DNA of 64,000 nt from positions 454,644 through 518,643 of the IMG/VR virus record IMGVR_UViG_3300017917_001342. One strand, 5' to 3'. Position 1 is the stretch's first letter, and every line of letters begins with the position of its first letter. Shown in pieces: positions 1 through 8,826 of this stretch. Both the position numbers and the translations under genes were made by a program. The notes below the pieces were generated by a model, which saw only the letters and a program-made list of their open reading frames with translations, did no database searches and was not told the origin of the DNA.

Positions 1-1279
1 TGACAGTACTAAAAAAAGCGGCGGCGGTCAGATAGGTGTACTACGCACTGCTGATGGTACACCAGCCAATCTCAACAACACTACACTAATGGAAGCGTGG
101 AACAACGATTACATGCGCAATGTTAGAAAGATGATGTTGCGAGGCGAAAAACCACCTAGCTGTTTAAAGTGCTATAAAGAAGAAGCCGCAGGAGTACAAA
201 GCAAACGCAATTGGGAAACTGCTTATTGGATAGGTCAGCTTGGTTTGGATGATATTATAGGAGACACTGCCGAAGATGGATCTGTAAGTCCTAGAATACG
301 TTATATAGATCTCAGACTTGGTAGCAAGTGTCAGCTGGCATGTGTAATGTGTAGTCCCCATGATTCCAGTGGGTGGGTCAAGGAATGGACACAGATGCAT
401 CCTCAGATTCAAAATCAACGTCTCAAAGAAAGTTGGAGTTGGGAAAACAAAGGCAAAGCCCATGGTGCCAGTTACAATTGGCATTTGAATAATCCTGTGT
501 TTTGGGAACAGCTTTATGACCAAATACCGCATATGAAGCAGCTTTATTTTGCAGGCGGCGAAAGTACTATCATCGACAAGCACTATACACTGCTAGAAGA
601 AGTAATTCGCAGAGGCTATGCCGATAAAATAGAATTGCGTTACAACAGCAACGCAGTTGAACTACCAAACAAATTGTTTATGCTTTGGGATCAGTTTAGA
701 GAAGTAAAGTTTCATTTCAGTATTGATTCGATCGGTGCAAAAAACGATTATATCAGATATCCCAGTAACTGGGACCAACTGGTTACCAATATGGAATTAT
801 TAGACAGCACTGCTGACAACATAACGGTGACCACTGCGGTAACAGTTATGGCATTGAACATCTATTACATACCAGACATGATAAAGTGGAAAATGCAAAA
901 GAATTTTAAAAAATTCAACGCATGGCCCAATGGTGCAGGAATGATAAATTGGCATTTAGCGTATTGGCCGCCACAATTAAATGTTAAGGTTTTGCCTAAG
1001 TGGGCAAAACAAATGGTTAGAGAAAAATTTGAAGAATTTTTTACATGGCTTGATGAAAATTGGAAACAAACAACAGGATTAGATGAAACAGTCAGTAAGG
1101 ACACATTCATGTCTGCTGGGTATGGTATAAAGCGTTTACGAAGTCTACTAGACTTTATGGATAGTGAAGATTGGAGTGAACGCATGCCTGAATTGCAAGA
1201 GTGGATATGTCTTATAGACAAACAGCGAAATCTTGATTTTAAACAGATATTTCCGGAGATGGCCGGATTATTAGATTGA
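1..1279 (+). CDS. Radical SAM protein with N-terminal twitch/SPASM-like Cys region (5'-truncated by window)
   Basis: CxxxCxxC motif CQLACVMC, YFAGGE, SIDS and an upstream CLKC. The frame is open from position 2 (DSTKKSGGGQIG...), so the true start lies upstream of the window. Confidence 0.85.
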   Translation, partial: DSTKKSGGGQIGVLRTADGTPANLNNTTLMEAWNNDYMRNVRKMMLRGEKPPSCLKCYKEEAAGVQSKRNWETAYWIGQLGLDDIIGDTAEDGSVSPRIRYIDLRLGSKCQLACVMCSPHDSSGWVKEWTQMHPQIQNQRLKESWSWENKGKAHGASYNWHLNNPVFWEQLYDQIPHMKQLYFAGGESTIIDKHYTLLEEVIRRGYADKIELRYNSNAVELPNKLFMLWDQFREVKFHFSIDSIGAKNDYIRYPSNWDQLVTNMELLDSTADNITVTTAVTVMALNIYYIPDMIKWKMQKNFKKFNAWPNGAGMINWHLAYWPPQLNVKVLPKWAKQMVREKFEEFFTWLDENWKQTTGLDETVSKDTFMSAGYGIKRLRSLLDFMDSEDWSERMPELQEWICLIDKQRNLDFKQIFPEMAGLLD

Positions 1280-1347
1280 GGAAAAACATGCAATTTGGAC
1301 TACCAGGTACCATAAATAGTAGTGTAAGCTCGCAAGGGGTAACTGTT

Positions 1348-1770
1348 ATGGCAACTTCTCAAAAAAAGACCACTGCTGCTGACGAATACTGGAACGAGAT
1401 ATTCGATAGTTTAGTAATTGAAAACGAACCTCCAATTGAATACATTAAAAGGGTAATAATCGTAACAAAAGATGGCAATCAGTACAAAGTAAGTGCTCAA
1501 CATTTTGCTCAAATAATTGAACACGAAAAACACTTGCATCCAGATGAAAGTGAAATACGCAGTTGTAAAATGAGCATAGACTATAACAAACTGCGATATG
1601 ATGTAGAAAATTGGGCAGGCCAGCTTTTGAGTGATTTAGAAGGTGTGCCGTTTGAAAAAGAACAGCCAGTTAAACCTACGAGAAAACCTAGAGCAGTTAA
1701 ATCAAAACCTGAGACTGCCGAAGAACAACCGACAAAAACACGTCGTAATAAACCTAAGCCGTCAGAGTAA
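1348..1770 (+). CDS. Hypothetical protein with basic C-terminal tail
   Basis: Track ORF 1276..1770. ATG at 1348 follows ATAAATA (1312) and an AGGGG RBS. Lys/Arg/Pro-rich C-terminus. Confidence 0.6.
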   Translation: MATSQKKTTAADEYWNEIFDSLVIENEPPIEYIKRVIIVTKDGNQYKVSAQHFAQIIEHEKHLHPDESEIRSCKMSIDYNKLRYDVENWAGQLLSDLEGVPFEKEQPVKPTRKPRAVKSKPETAEEQPTKTRRNKPKPSE

Positions 1771-2997
1771 CGGCTTAGGTAACCATTTTGCCAGCAATGG
1801 CATTGATTCGTGTACGTCACGTTTGAATAGTTTGTCTTCTAAATAGACACTGTTAGCAAAATCCTGCCATGTTGGTATACCCATTGAAGGTAAGCCATAA
1901 GGTAATTCGTTTATGTCACCCAACATGTAATTAATTGGATGACTACCCACTGCTTTAGCCCGTGCATATTTCACAGGGTCGTTTATACTAGCAAGATAAT
2001 CATTCCACTTTGACAAAATCTCCTGTTTAACTTCGTCCGGTGCAACTCTTGGGCTTATTATCAATGGTGACTGTACTATTGCACTGCTTAGATCTATTGA
2101 CAAATTGTTATCATAGAGATAGTCTATAGTTTCAGATAGATAAAACAATTGATACACACTACAGGTTATCTCAGAGTATACATCATACCCTGCTGCACGA
2201 AATGCTCTCATGTTTTTTTCAACAACTGACCAATTGGCACCTTGTCTGAAATAATTGTAACGTTCTAACACCCCATCGGTGCTAACAACTACTACAACCT
2301 TTTTGAATTTTTTCCAAAGATCAAACACGTTGTATTTTTTATACTCTGTAACTGTGCCATTGGTTACATATAACAGTTGTATGTGTGCAGCATGCTCTTC
2401 TGGTATTGCTGCGATAAATTCATAATGCTGTTGCTGATACAGTGTTTCACCTCCTGCAAATGATATGTGCATGAGATTAGGAACTAGATTTTTTAAAATG
2501 TCGTCTATGTATTCCTGTCGTAGATTTTTTCCGTCAACTGGTTCTGCATCCTGCCATAATAACGGTTGCCATAGCGTCGGATTGCGCTTTAGCAATGCTG
2601 CCCATTTGCTGCTGTATGCAGGGCTGCAATGCCTGCATGACAAATTGCATTCGTTGCCAAATCTAATTTCGATAGTTTTTAAATGCGATATTTCGCCAGT
2701 AGTATGGTCATAGTCATTGAGATTTAATCCAAATTCAGGATGCTGCAACCCTTCAAGTCTTGTACTAATAAGACCACTGGCTTCAAAATCTCTGCACGAC
2801 CCGCAGCCTTCTGGCCACTCACCGTTCATCAATGTCTGTCTATGAGTTCTTGCTTCTTGCGAATTAACAATTTCACTCATTAATTGTTGTTTATGATCAC
2901 CTAGTTTGGCGACACATCTAAAACACGACGATACGCGGTCTTGTTGTAGTTGATGGTTTAGATGTCCTAATGCATATGCACAGATTTTTGGAGTCAT
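1762..2997 (-). CDS. Radical SAM protein with N-terminal twitch/SPASM-like Cys region
   Basis: CNLSCRHC, SFAGGE, YVTNGT, STDG; N-terminal C..CFRC..CGSC. Confidence 0.85.
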   Translation of the reverse strand: MTPKICAYALGHLNHQLQQDRVSSCFRCVAKLGDHKQQLMSEIVNSQEARTHRQTLMNGEWPEGCGSCRDFEASGLISTRLEGLQHPEFGLNLNDYDHTTGEISHLKTIEIRFGNECNLSCRHCSPAYSSKWAALLKRNPTLWQPLLWQDAEPVDGKNLRQEYIDDILKNLVPNLMHISFAGGETLYQQQHYEFIAAIPEEHAAHIQLLYVTNGTVTEYKKYNVFDLWKKFKKVVVVVSTDGVLERYNYFRQGANWSVVEKNMRAFRAAGYDVYSEITCSVYQLFYLSETIDYLYDNNLSIDLSSAIVQSPLIISPRVAPDEVKQEILSKWNDYLASINDPVKYARAKAVGSHPINYMLGDINELPYGLPSMGIPTWQDFANSVYLEDKLFKRDVHESMPLLAKWLPKPLL

Positions 2998-3021
2998 GCT
3001 GATATTTGATATCCGAATTGA

Positions 3022-3050
3022 TTGATATATTATGTATGTCGTTATAAACT
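3022..3050 (+). promoter_or_regulatory. Putative sigma70-type promoter for queF-like/DHFR/thyA
   Basis: TTGATA-N17-TAAACT. Confidence 0.4.
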
Positions 3051-3077
3051 AGTTTATAAAAATCAGCAGGCAAATTA

Positions 3078-3473
3078 ATGAAATTATGGCAATCCATCGA
3101 AAATACTTTAAAGTCTCTACCAAACGCAGCAGAAGGCTATGAGCAGCAAATAGACATACCTGAATTTACATTTCTTGGTGTAAAGAATCAGCCAGATTTT
3201 GGACATATTAAAATATGGTTTCATGGCAAAGAAAAAACCATTGAACTCAAAAGCCTAAAAGAATATCTGCTGCAATATCGAGACACTGTTATCAGCTACG
3301 AACGTGCAACAGATGTAATGTATAAACATCTAATGGAAGCCTATGCTCCGTTTAGATTGCGTATGGAAATTGCGTTTAGGCCGCGCGGTGGCATCAGCAG
3401 TAAAATGGTAGTAGACAGCGATTGGGGTCATCTAGGTGGCACTGATAAACTTTGGCAACATCACAAGGACTAA
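3078..3473 (+). CDS. QueF-like T-fold protein lacking the catalytic cysteine
   Basis: PEFT..QPDF, QueF motif IELKSLKEY, ISYE and FRPRGGIS match unimodular QueF. The Cys of PEFTSLC is Gly, and the protein has no Cys. Confidence 0.8.
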   Translation: MKLWQSIENTLKSLPNAAEGYEQQIDIPEFTFLGVKNQPDFGHIKIWFHGKEKTIELKSLKEYLLQYRDTVISYERATDVMYKHLMEAYAPFRLRMEIAFRPRGGISSKMVVDSDWGHLGGTDKLWQHHKD

Positions 3474-3476
3474 GCT

Positions 3477-3962
3477 ATGATACGTGCAATACTAGCCTGC
3501 GACGACAACTGGGGCATTGGTAAAAATGGCACACTGCCTTGGCCACATAACAGTGCAGATCTCAAATGGTTTAAAGAATCAACAACAGGTGGCGTTGTTG
3601 TTATGGGTAAAACTACCTGGGACAGTTTACCAGAAAAAAGTAAACCATTGCCGAACAGAAATAACATTGTGGTTACATCATCTATTAAAGATAAAGATGG
3701 CCCGTATCATTTTGTTAAGTTTGAAAATGCCAAAGACCATATTGTGTCTATGAGTAAACTACAACCAGTTTGGATCATCGGTGGTGCAAAATTAGTTGAA
3801 AGCATGATAGATATTATGGATGAACTTTGGTTAAATCGAATCGCTGGTAACTTTGACTGTGATACCTTTTTGCCAAGCGAGTTAATAATGAGACAGTTTG
3901 TGCAAGCAGATGTTGCACAACATAATACTGAATTAAACATAACACGATGGGTTAGGAGATAA
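3477..3962 (+). CDS. folA: Dihydrofolate reductase
   Basis: GIGKNGTLPW, DLKWFK, VMGKTTW, PLPNRNNIV, WIIGG, CDTF. Confidence 0.95.
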   Translation: MIRAILACDDNWGIGKNGTLPWPHNSADLKWFKESTTGGVVVMGKTTWDSLPEKSKPLPNRNNIVVTSSIKDKDGPYHFVKFENAKDHIVSMSKLQPVWIIGGAKLVESMIDIMDELWLNRIAGNFDCDTFLPSELIMRQFVQADVAQHNTELNITRWVRR

Positions 3963-3963
3963 C

Positions 3964-4809
3964 ATGCAAAATTACTTAGACTTATTGCAAAAAATATTAG
4001 ACCGTGGTATAGACAGTGCCGATCGTACAGGTGTAGGTACTAGAAGCCTGTTTGCTGAACAGCTACGCTTTGATCTTAAACAGGGATTTCCTGCTGTAAC
4101 TACTAAAAAGTTAGCATGGAAATCAATGGTAGCAGAACTGCTATGGTTCCTCGAAGGCACAGGCGACGAACGCAGACTTGCTGAAATACAACACGGTACA
4201 CGTAAGCCAGAAAAGACCACAATATGGACTGCAAATGCCAATGCAGACTACTGGAAACCCAAAGCACGCTATGAAGGTGACCTTGGTCGTGTCTACGGTG
4301 TACAGTGGCGCAACTGGCGCAAAGTTGATGGTTGGAAAACTGTCGATCAACTTAAGAACTTGATCGAAGGCTTGCAGAACGACCCAACTGGCCGCAGACA
4401 TATTATAAGTGCATGGAACCCAGGTGAAATTGATCAAATGGCATTGCCTCCGTGTCATATGATGGCACAGTTCTACATTAGGAACAATCAGCTAAGTTGC
4501 CAAATGTATCAGCGTAGCTGTGATGCATTTTTGGGATTGCCCTTTAACATTGCCAGCTACGCACTGCTTACTCATTTGATTGCAAAAACCATAGGTGCAG
4601 AAGTTAATGAACTCATCATCACGCTTGGCGATGTGCATATCTATAACAATCACTTTGATGCAGTGACTACACAGTTATCAAGGACACCATATGCATTGCC
4701 AAAACTGCATATTGCAGACTCTGCAACAGTATGGAACTCTAAACTTGATGACTTTACACTAGTTGATTATCAGCATCATCCTGCTATACAAGCAGAGATG
4801 GCGGTATAA
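3964..4809 (+). CDS. thyA: Thymidylate synthase ThyA
   Basis: DRTGVGT, LGRVYGVQWR, MALPPCH, YQRSCDAFLGLPFNIASY, DVHIYNNH, C-terminal MAV. Confidence 0.97.
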   Translation: MQNYLDLLQKILDRGIDSADRTGVGTRSLFAEQLRFDLKQGFPAVTTKKLAWKSMVAELLWFLEGTGDERRLAEIQHGTRKPEKTTIWTANANADYWKPKARYEGDLGRVYGVQWRNWRKVDGWKTVDQLKNLIEGLQNDPTGRRHIISAWNPGEIDQMALPPCHMMAQFYIRNNQLSCQMYQRSCDAFLGLPFNIASYALLTHLIAKTIGAEVNELIITLGDVHIYNNHFDAVTTQLSRTPYALPKLHIADSATVWNSKLDDFTLVDYQHHPAIQAEMAV

Positions 4810-4810
4810 G

Positions 4811-4838
4811 AAAAAGGACGGTAAAACCGTCCTTTTTT
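4811..4838. terminator. Bidirectional intrinsic terminator
   Basis: aaaaaggacggt-aaa-accgtcctttttt between convergent genes. Confidence 0.85.
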
Positions 4839-4856
4839 CCTAACTATTTCAAAGAT

Positions 4857-5582
4857 TTATTTTTTAGCTAATACAGATGTTTTGCGTTGTACAGCAGGTG
4901 CTTTTGCAGGCGTAGCAGCTTTAGTAGCAGCCTTTGCAGCAGCTTTGGTCACTGTGGGTACTGCAACAGTTTCCTCGGCTTTAACAGACTTATTTGCAGG
5001 GTTTAACGTGGGGTCTATTCTGTATGCTTCTGCACGTTTACTAACAGCATCTGCTTCTAGCATTTCTGCCATACGTATTAGATTCCTTGCTGATTCAGCC
5101 TGACCTTCTGCGGTAGTGCCTTCCATGTTGGTCTTATGCACATTGAACTTGCCCATTTCTGCAATGACCTGTGCTCTAGTCACGGGATCTAGATCATTAA
5201 GGTCTGCGGGTGTTTCCGTTTCAACTTGTTTCATAGTTTCAAGTATCTGACGAAGTGGGAACTTCATACCACGACGCGGGGTCATGTGTACTAGATCAAC
5301 CGGCACTTTCATTAGTCGCTGACTTACATGAAGCTTTTGTAGCATAGTTTGTCCACTGCCATCTGGACTAGGTCTACGACCAAGAATGTCGCCTAGATCC
5401 TTTGCTTGTTGACCTTCTACACTTTCAACAATACGACGCAGTGCTTCGTTGTATTGATCTGGTAATGCGTCGGTATCAATTACCAATGCATTTTCTTCGT
5501 CTTGTGGCAAACTCATGAACACAACTACAACGTTCTTGCCTGTATTTTCGAGCATGCCTATATGTTTAAGCATATCAGCCAT
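4857..5582 (-). CDS. Hypothetical phage protein with Ala/Lys-rich C-terminus
   Basis: 241-aa ORF ending at the terminator; overlaps the upstream gene. Confidence 0.75.
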   Translation of the reverse strand: MADMLKHIGMLENTGKNVVVVFMSLPQDEENALVIDTDALPDQYNEALRRIVESVEGQQAKDLGDILGRRPSPDGSGQTMLQKLHVSQRLMKVPVDLVHMTPRRGMKFPLRQILETMKQVETETPADLNDLDPVTRAQVIAEMGKFNVHKTNMEGTTAEGQAESARNLIRMAEMLEADAVSKRAEAYRIDPTLNPANKSVKAEETVAVPTVTKAAAKAATKAATPAKAPAVQRKTSVLAKK

Positions 5583-5799
5583 TGACTTGTTGACCTTCCT
5601 GTTGTGCTGCGTTCAATGCAATAGCATTGTCTACAAAGCGTTTAAATTTGTTGTAAAGTTGTCCTACTGGTTCTAGCTCGGGTCCACGGAATGCACCTCG
5701 GCTGCTAGCTAGATCCAATACTGAAATGATGTTTTGCAAATCAGTTAGCGTGATAGATGCTTCTTCTGATTGCTGTTCAGTTACTGGTTGATCGTTCAT
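5575..5799 (-). CDS. Small hypothetical protein (SRGAF motif)
   Basis: AGGAGA RBS; LxDL..I..LD.ASSRGAF..E..VG pattern recalled from large DNA viruses. Confidence 0.7.
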   Translation of the reverse strand: MNDQPVTEQQSEEASITLTDLQNIISVLDLASSRGAFRGPELEPVGQLYNKFKRFVDNAIALNAAQQEGQQVNG

Positions 5800-5874
5800 A
5801 TAATTCTCCTTGACACACCGAGTCTAAAAATTATTGACTATAATCTAGTCGGAGGTCAAATTAATTTATCGGAA

Positions 5875-6060
5875 TTATACTATACTATTATAGATATGCA
5901 TCGCATAATGGCCTAAAAAACCAAAAGATCCTAGAAACGACACAGTGCTGACAACTAAATCGTTGTGAAATTTTTCACATAATATACCAACGCAGCCGGC
6001 TACGATGAACACAGCAAATAACAAAGCAAACATACCGAGGTACTTCAACATTTTACGCAT
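5875..6060 (-). CDS. Small membrane protein (2 predicted TM segments)
   Basis: Two hydrophobic stretches; TATAAATA upstream (6096-6103). Confidence 0.55.
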   Translation of the reverse strand: MRKMLKYLGMFALLFAVFIVAGCVGILCEKFHNDLVVSTVSFLGSFGFLGHYAMHIYNSIV

Positions 6061-6114
6061 CGCATAACTCGCCCCATTAACATATGGTATTAAACTATTT
6101 ATAGTACGAGTTAA

Positions 6115-6140
6115 ATGTACCGCCTAATGTGGCGGTACAT
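6115..6140 (-). terminator. Hairpin, probable terminator
   Basis: 10-bp inverted repeat atgtaccgcc/ggcggtacat just after the stop of the 6145..6372 gene. Confidence 0.55.
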
Positions 6141-6144
6141 CTAG

Positions 6145-6372
6145 TTACTGTTTTTGCGACAATGCAGATCGTTGCTGTAGGGCTTTAATAGCATCAGCAA
6201 TGACACGTTGATCGTCTGGACGCATGTCATTGATAGATTTAGGCATTCTTGGTGCACCTAGCTGTGTCAGTATTTGACCAATCCTTGCCCAATCGCAGCA
6301 CTGCTTATCATCTTGCAGATCGCCGCTTGCTATCATCATTTCTCTACCTAGATTCATATGGTCCATTTTCAT
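6145..6372 (-). CDS. Hypothetical protein
   Basis: ORF with AGGAG RBS in a tightly packed run. Confidence 0.6.
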   Translation of the reverse strand: MKMDHMNLGREMMIASGDLQDDKQCCDWARIGQILTQLGAPRMPKSINDMRPDDQRVIADAIKALQQRSALSQKQ

Positions 6373-6375
6373 CTC

Positions 6376-6600
6376 CTAGTGGCTAAGTACAAATCTCAAT
6401 GCATCTTCCTGTTTAGAAAATCTTATCTTAACAGTATCGTAATTCTTCTTTTTGTATTTTGTATCGTTTGACTCTGTTAGTATTGCAGCATCTGGGTATT
6501 CCATTTGCAAGTGCATTTCTAAAATAGCCATAGCGAAGCTGTCGCAGTTAACAAGCTCTACCACCACGTCATTGCCTTGTAACTTTGTACCTAGTATCAA
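6376..6600 (-). CDS. Hypothetical protein
   Basis: Track ORF 6376..6639. Likely TTG start at 6600 overlapping the upstream TGA. Confidence 0.5.
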   Translation of the reverse strand: MILGTKLQGNDVVVELVNCDSFAMAILEMHLQMEYPDAAILTESNDTKYKKKNYDTVKIRFSKQEDALRFVLSH

Positions 6601-6869
6601 TCCAGACTTATGAATTTCTTGGCCCATGTATCGGCCCATTCGTCTAGGTGTTCTTCTAAGTACTGTACTCCCTGTGCGCTGTGCAAGCTAGGTGTTTTAG
6701 CAATGGTGTTTGCAATAACTGCTGGCAACTGTCCTTCTATCATATCCATAACACGCTTTCGTTCTGCGCTATTGATATCTTTACTCCAGTGCGCAAGTCT
6801 TTCTGCTACCATTACACTGAGCTGAGCAGTGAGTTGCATAAGCTGCGGTTTAAATTCTCCCGGTGTCAA
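6597..6869 (-). CDS. Hypothetical protein
   Basis: TTG start coupled to the upstream stop; AGGAGA RBS. Confidence 0.6.
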   Translation of the reverse strand: MTPGEFKPQLMQLTAQLSVMVAERLAHWSKDINSAERKRVMDMIEGQLPAVIANTIAKTPSLHSAQGVQYLEEHLDEWADTWAKKFISLD

Positions 6870-7069
6870 CGTGATTCTCCTGATCGGTTGTGAACAAAGC
6901 CATTGTTCTTACATAGTATATCTATCCGATCTTTGAGCATGAGTTTTTGTTTTTTTAACTCATGAACTTCAATAGTGTCATAACCAGGGTGTGCAGTTAG
7001 ATGTTTGATCTGTTCGTCTAACACCTTGTGTTCTTTTACAAGACGATCTAGATGACCTTCTATACTCAT
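6866..7069 (-). CDS. DUF465/YdcH-family coiled-coil protein
   Basis: L..EH..LD.QI...ELKKQKL.LKDRI pattern. Confidence 0.75.
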   Translation of the reverse strand: MSIEGHLDRLVKEHKVLDEQIKHLTAHPGYDTIEVHELKKQKLMLKDRIDILCKNNGFVHNRSGESR

Positions 7070-7120
7070 GCTGAGATTCTCCTTTAACAGCTATCAAAGT
7101 ATAACCGCAGAAATAGAGAA

Positions 7121-7429
7121 TCACGAATATTTCAGTCGCGCTTCCATAAAAAGAGGGCAGTTATCGTCGAAGTCTAAACCGTATGCAGCACTACCAGATC
7201 CATCACCTAGATCGGGTAGCGACCATAGATCTACTTTCCAATTTTTAGTCTTTGCCCATTTGATCAAATATGGCAAACCTCTGCGATAATCTGCTAGATA
7301 TTTTTTAAATGTGTGGGAGATCTTAATGTCATGATCGCTACAAAAGTCTGCAATCATGTTTTCAAGTATGCTGTTGACTACATCATGACCGCGACCTAAA
7401 CTGGTCTTGCTGTGCATATTACACTTCAT
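7121..7429 (-). CDS. Hypothetical protein
   Basis: 102-aa ORF co-oriented with neighbours. Confidence 0.5.
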   Translation of the reverse strand: MKCNMHSKTSLGRGHDVVNSILENMIADFCSDHDIKISHTFKKYLADYRRGLPYLIKWAKTKNWKVDLWSLPDLGDGSGSAAYGLDFDDNCPLFMEARLKYS

Positions 7430-7459
7430 GATAACCCCAATTGGTAATAGTGCAGTCTC

Positions 7460-8743
7460 TTACGAGACTGCACCGATTTCACTAACACCTTCTGCGTGAT
7501 CGTAGTAAGCATACTCGCCGAACGGCGGCTTAACACGAGTCTTAGCACCTTCTGTGATAACCCACAGCGTGTCGCAGTAGTTTTCGGGACCCCAAGTACC
7601 AAACGGATAACCGTCGGTGAACACCACAGCCTTCTTAGGCTCAATGTCGTTCTCCATCCAGTAATTCCAGAACGCCATGAAGTCAGTGCCGCCGCCACCT
7701 TTGCATTCGTAGCTAAGCAGATCATCAGCAGTGTCCTTGGTAAACACCTGATAGTTGTAGGTCTGCGTATCGAAGCAGATGATGCTGATAGTAAAGTCGT
7801 TGTAGCAGCTCATCATACCGTAGACTTCGCTAAGGAAATCCTTGGCCATACGATCGCTGATAGACCCCGACATGTCAATTGCAACTGCAATGTCAATAGT
7901 CTCATCCTTGTCAAGCACAGGAAGGAACACACCTGAATACATGTGCTTACGGTTAGGACGCATCCAAGTAAAGTCATCAGTGATGCAGCTTTGGATGTTT
8001 TGTTGCAGCAGATCGCGCCAGCTGATCTTAGGCTCAACAAGATCGTCAATCAGTCGCTGCATGCTAGCAGGCATCTTACCCGCAGCAGCCTGCGCAGCTT
8101 GCAGAACCTTGTTCTTGAATTCGTCACGGATCTTCTTGAGATCTTCTTCGCTGATCTTAATGGGATTGCCATTGCCATCAACAGGCTGCTTACCACCTTT
8201 ACCGTTCTTGTTGTTACCGTCCTTACCCATTTCAAGGTGAACGTCGAGTGTCATCTGCTTCTTGACCTTGCGCTTTTCAAGATCGTCATACACAGCTTCT
8301 GACGTCCAACCAAGATAGCGTTCGTCGTAAAGACCAACACGCTGGTTAGTTTCGCCGTTTTCATCAACGTCCATTACCTTCTTAGTAGGCATCTTACCGA
8401 TCTTGTCAGTAGTCAGCATACCGTTGATAATGTAGTCGTTGGCCATGTTCCACCAGCTGGGATCACGATGTGTACGACGACCAAAGTGATCAAGTGCAAC
8501 GTGCAGCACTTCGTGACACAGAACGAACACGATCTCATCGACATCCAGTTCTGCGAAAAACTCACGGTTGAAGTAGATGTTACGGCCATCAACCGCAGCA
8601 GTCTTACACCAACCCGAATCAGTTGCATCAACGAGCGGCAGTTGCATAGTCAGCGTACCAAAGAACGGCTGCGAGAACAGCAGTTTAAGCCGTGCCTGGC
8701 TGATCTTCTTCTTAACAGCTTCTTTGTTAACAGTCATTGCCAT
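7460..8743 (-). CDS. Putative metallopeptidase plus VWA domain protein (DUF2201-like), MoxR partner
   Basis: TAAVDG, HEVLH (HExxH), WNMANDYIIN; MIDAS DMSGS, GGGGTDF, FTDG. Confidence 0.88.
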   Translation of the reverse strand: MAMTVNKEAVKKKISQARLKLLFSQPFFGTLTMQLPLVDATDSGWCKTAAVDGRNIYFNREFFAELDVDEIVFVLCHEVLHVALDHFGRRTHRDPSWWNMANDYIINGMLTTDKIGKMPTKKVMDVDENGETNQRVGLYDERYLGWTSEAVYDDLEKRKVKKQMTLDVHLEMGKDGNNKNGKGGKQPVDGNGNPIKISEEDLKKIRDEFKNKVLQAAQAAAGKMPASMQRLIDDLVEPKISWRDLLQQNIQSCITDDFTWMRPNRKHMYSGVFLPVLDKDETIDIAVAIDMSGSISDRMAKDFLSEVYGMMSCYNDFTISIICFDTQTYNYQVFTKDTADDLLSYECKGGGGTDFMAFWNYWMENDIEPKKAVVFTDGYPFGTWGPENYCDTLWVITEGAKTRVKPPFGEYAYYDHAEGVSEIGAVS

Positions 8744-8766
8744 GTTTTAGTCCTCCTATACACCGC

Positions 8767-8794
8767 ATAATAGCATAGATTAAACGAGCGTCAA
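8767..8794 (-). promoter_or_regulatory. Putative sigma70-type promoter, extended -10
   Basis: TTGACG-N16-(TGC)TATTAT upstream of an AGGAGG RBS. Confidence 0.55.
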
Positions 8795-8826
8795 TCACAA
8801 TGACGCTCGTTTTGTTGTCGTTGATC

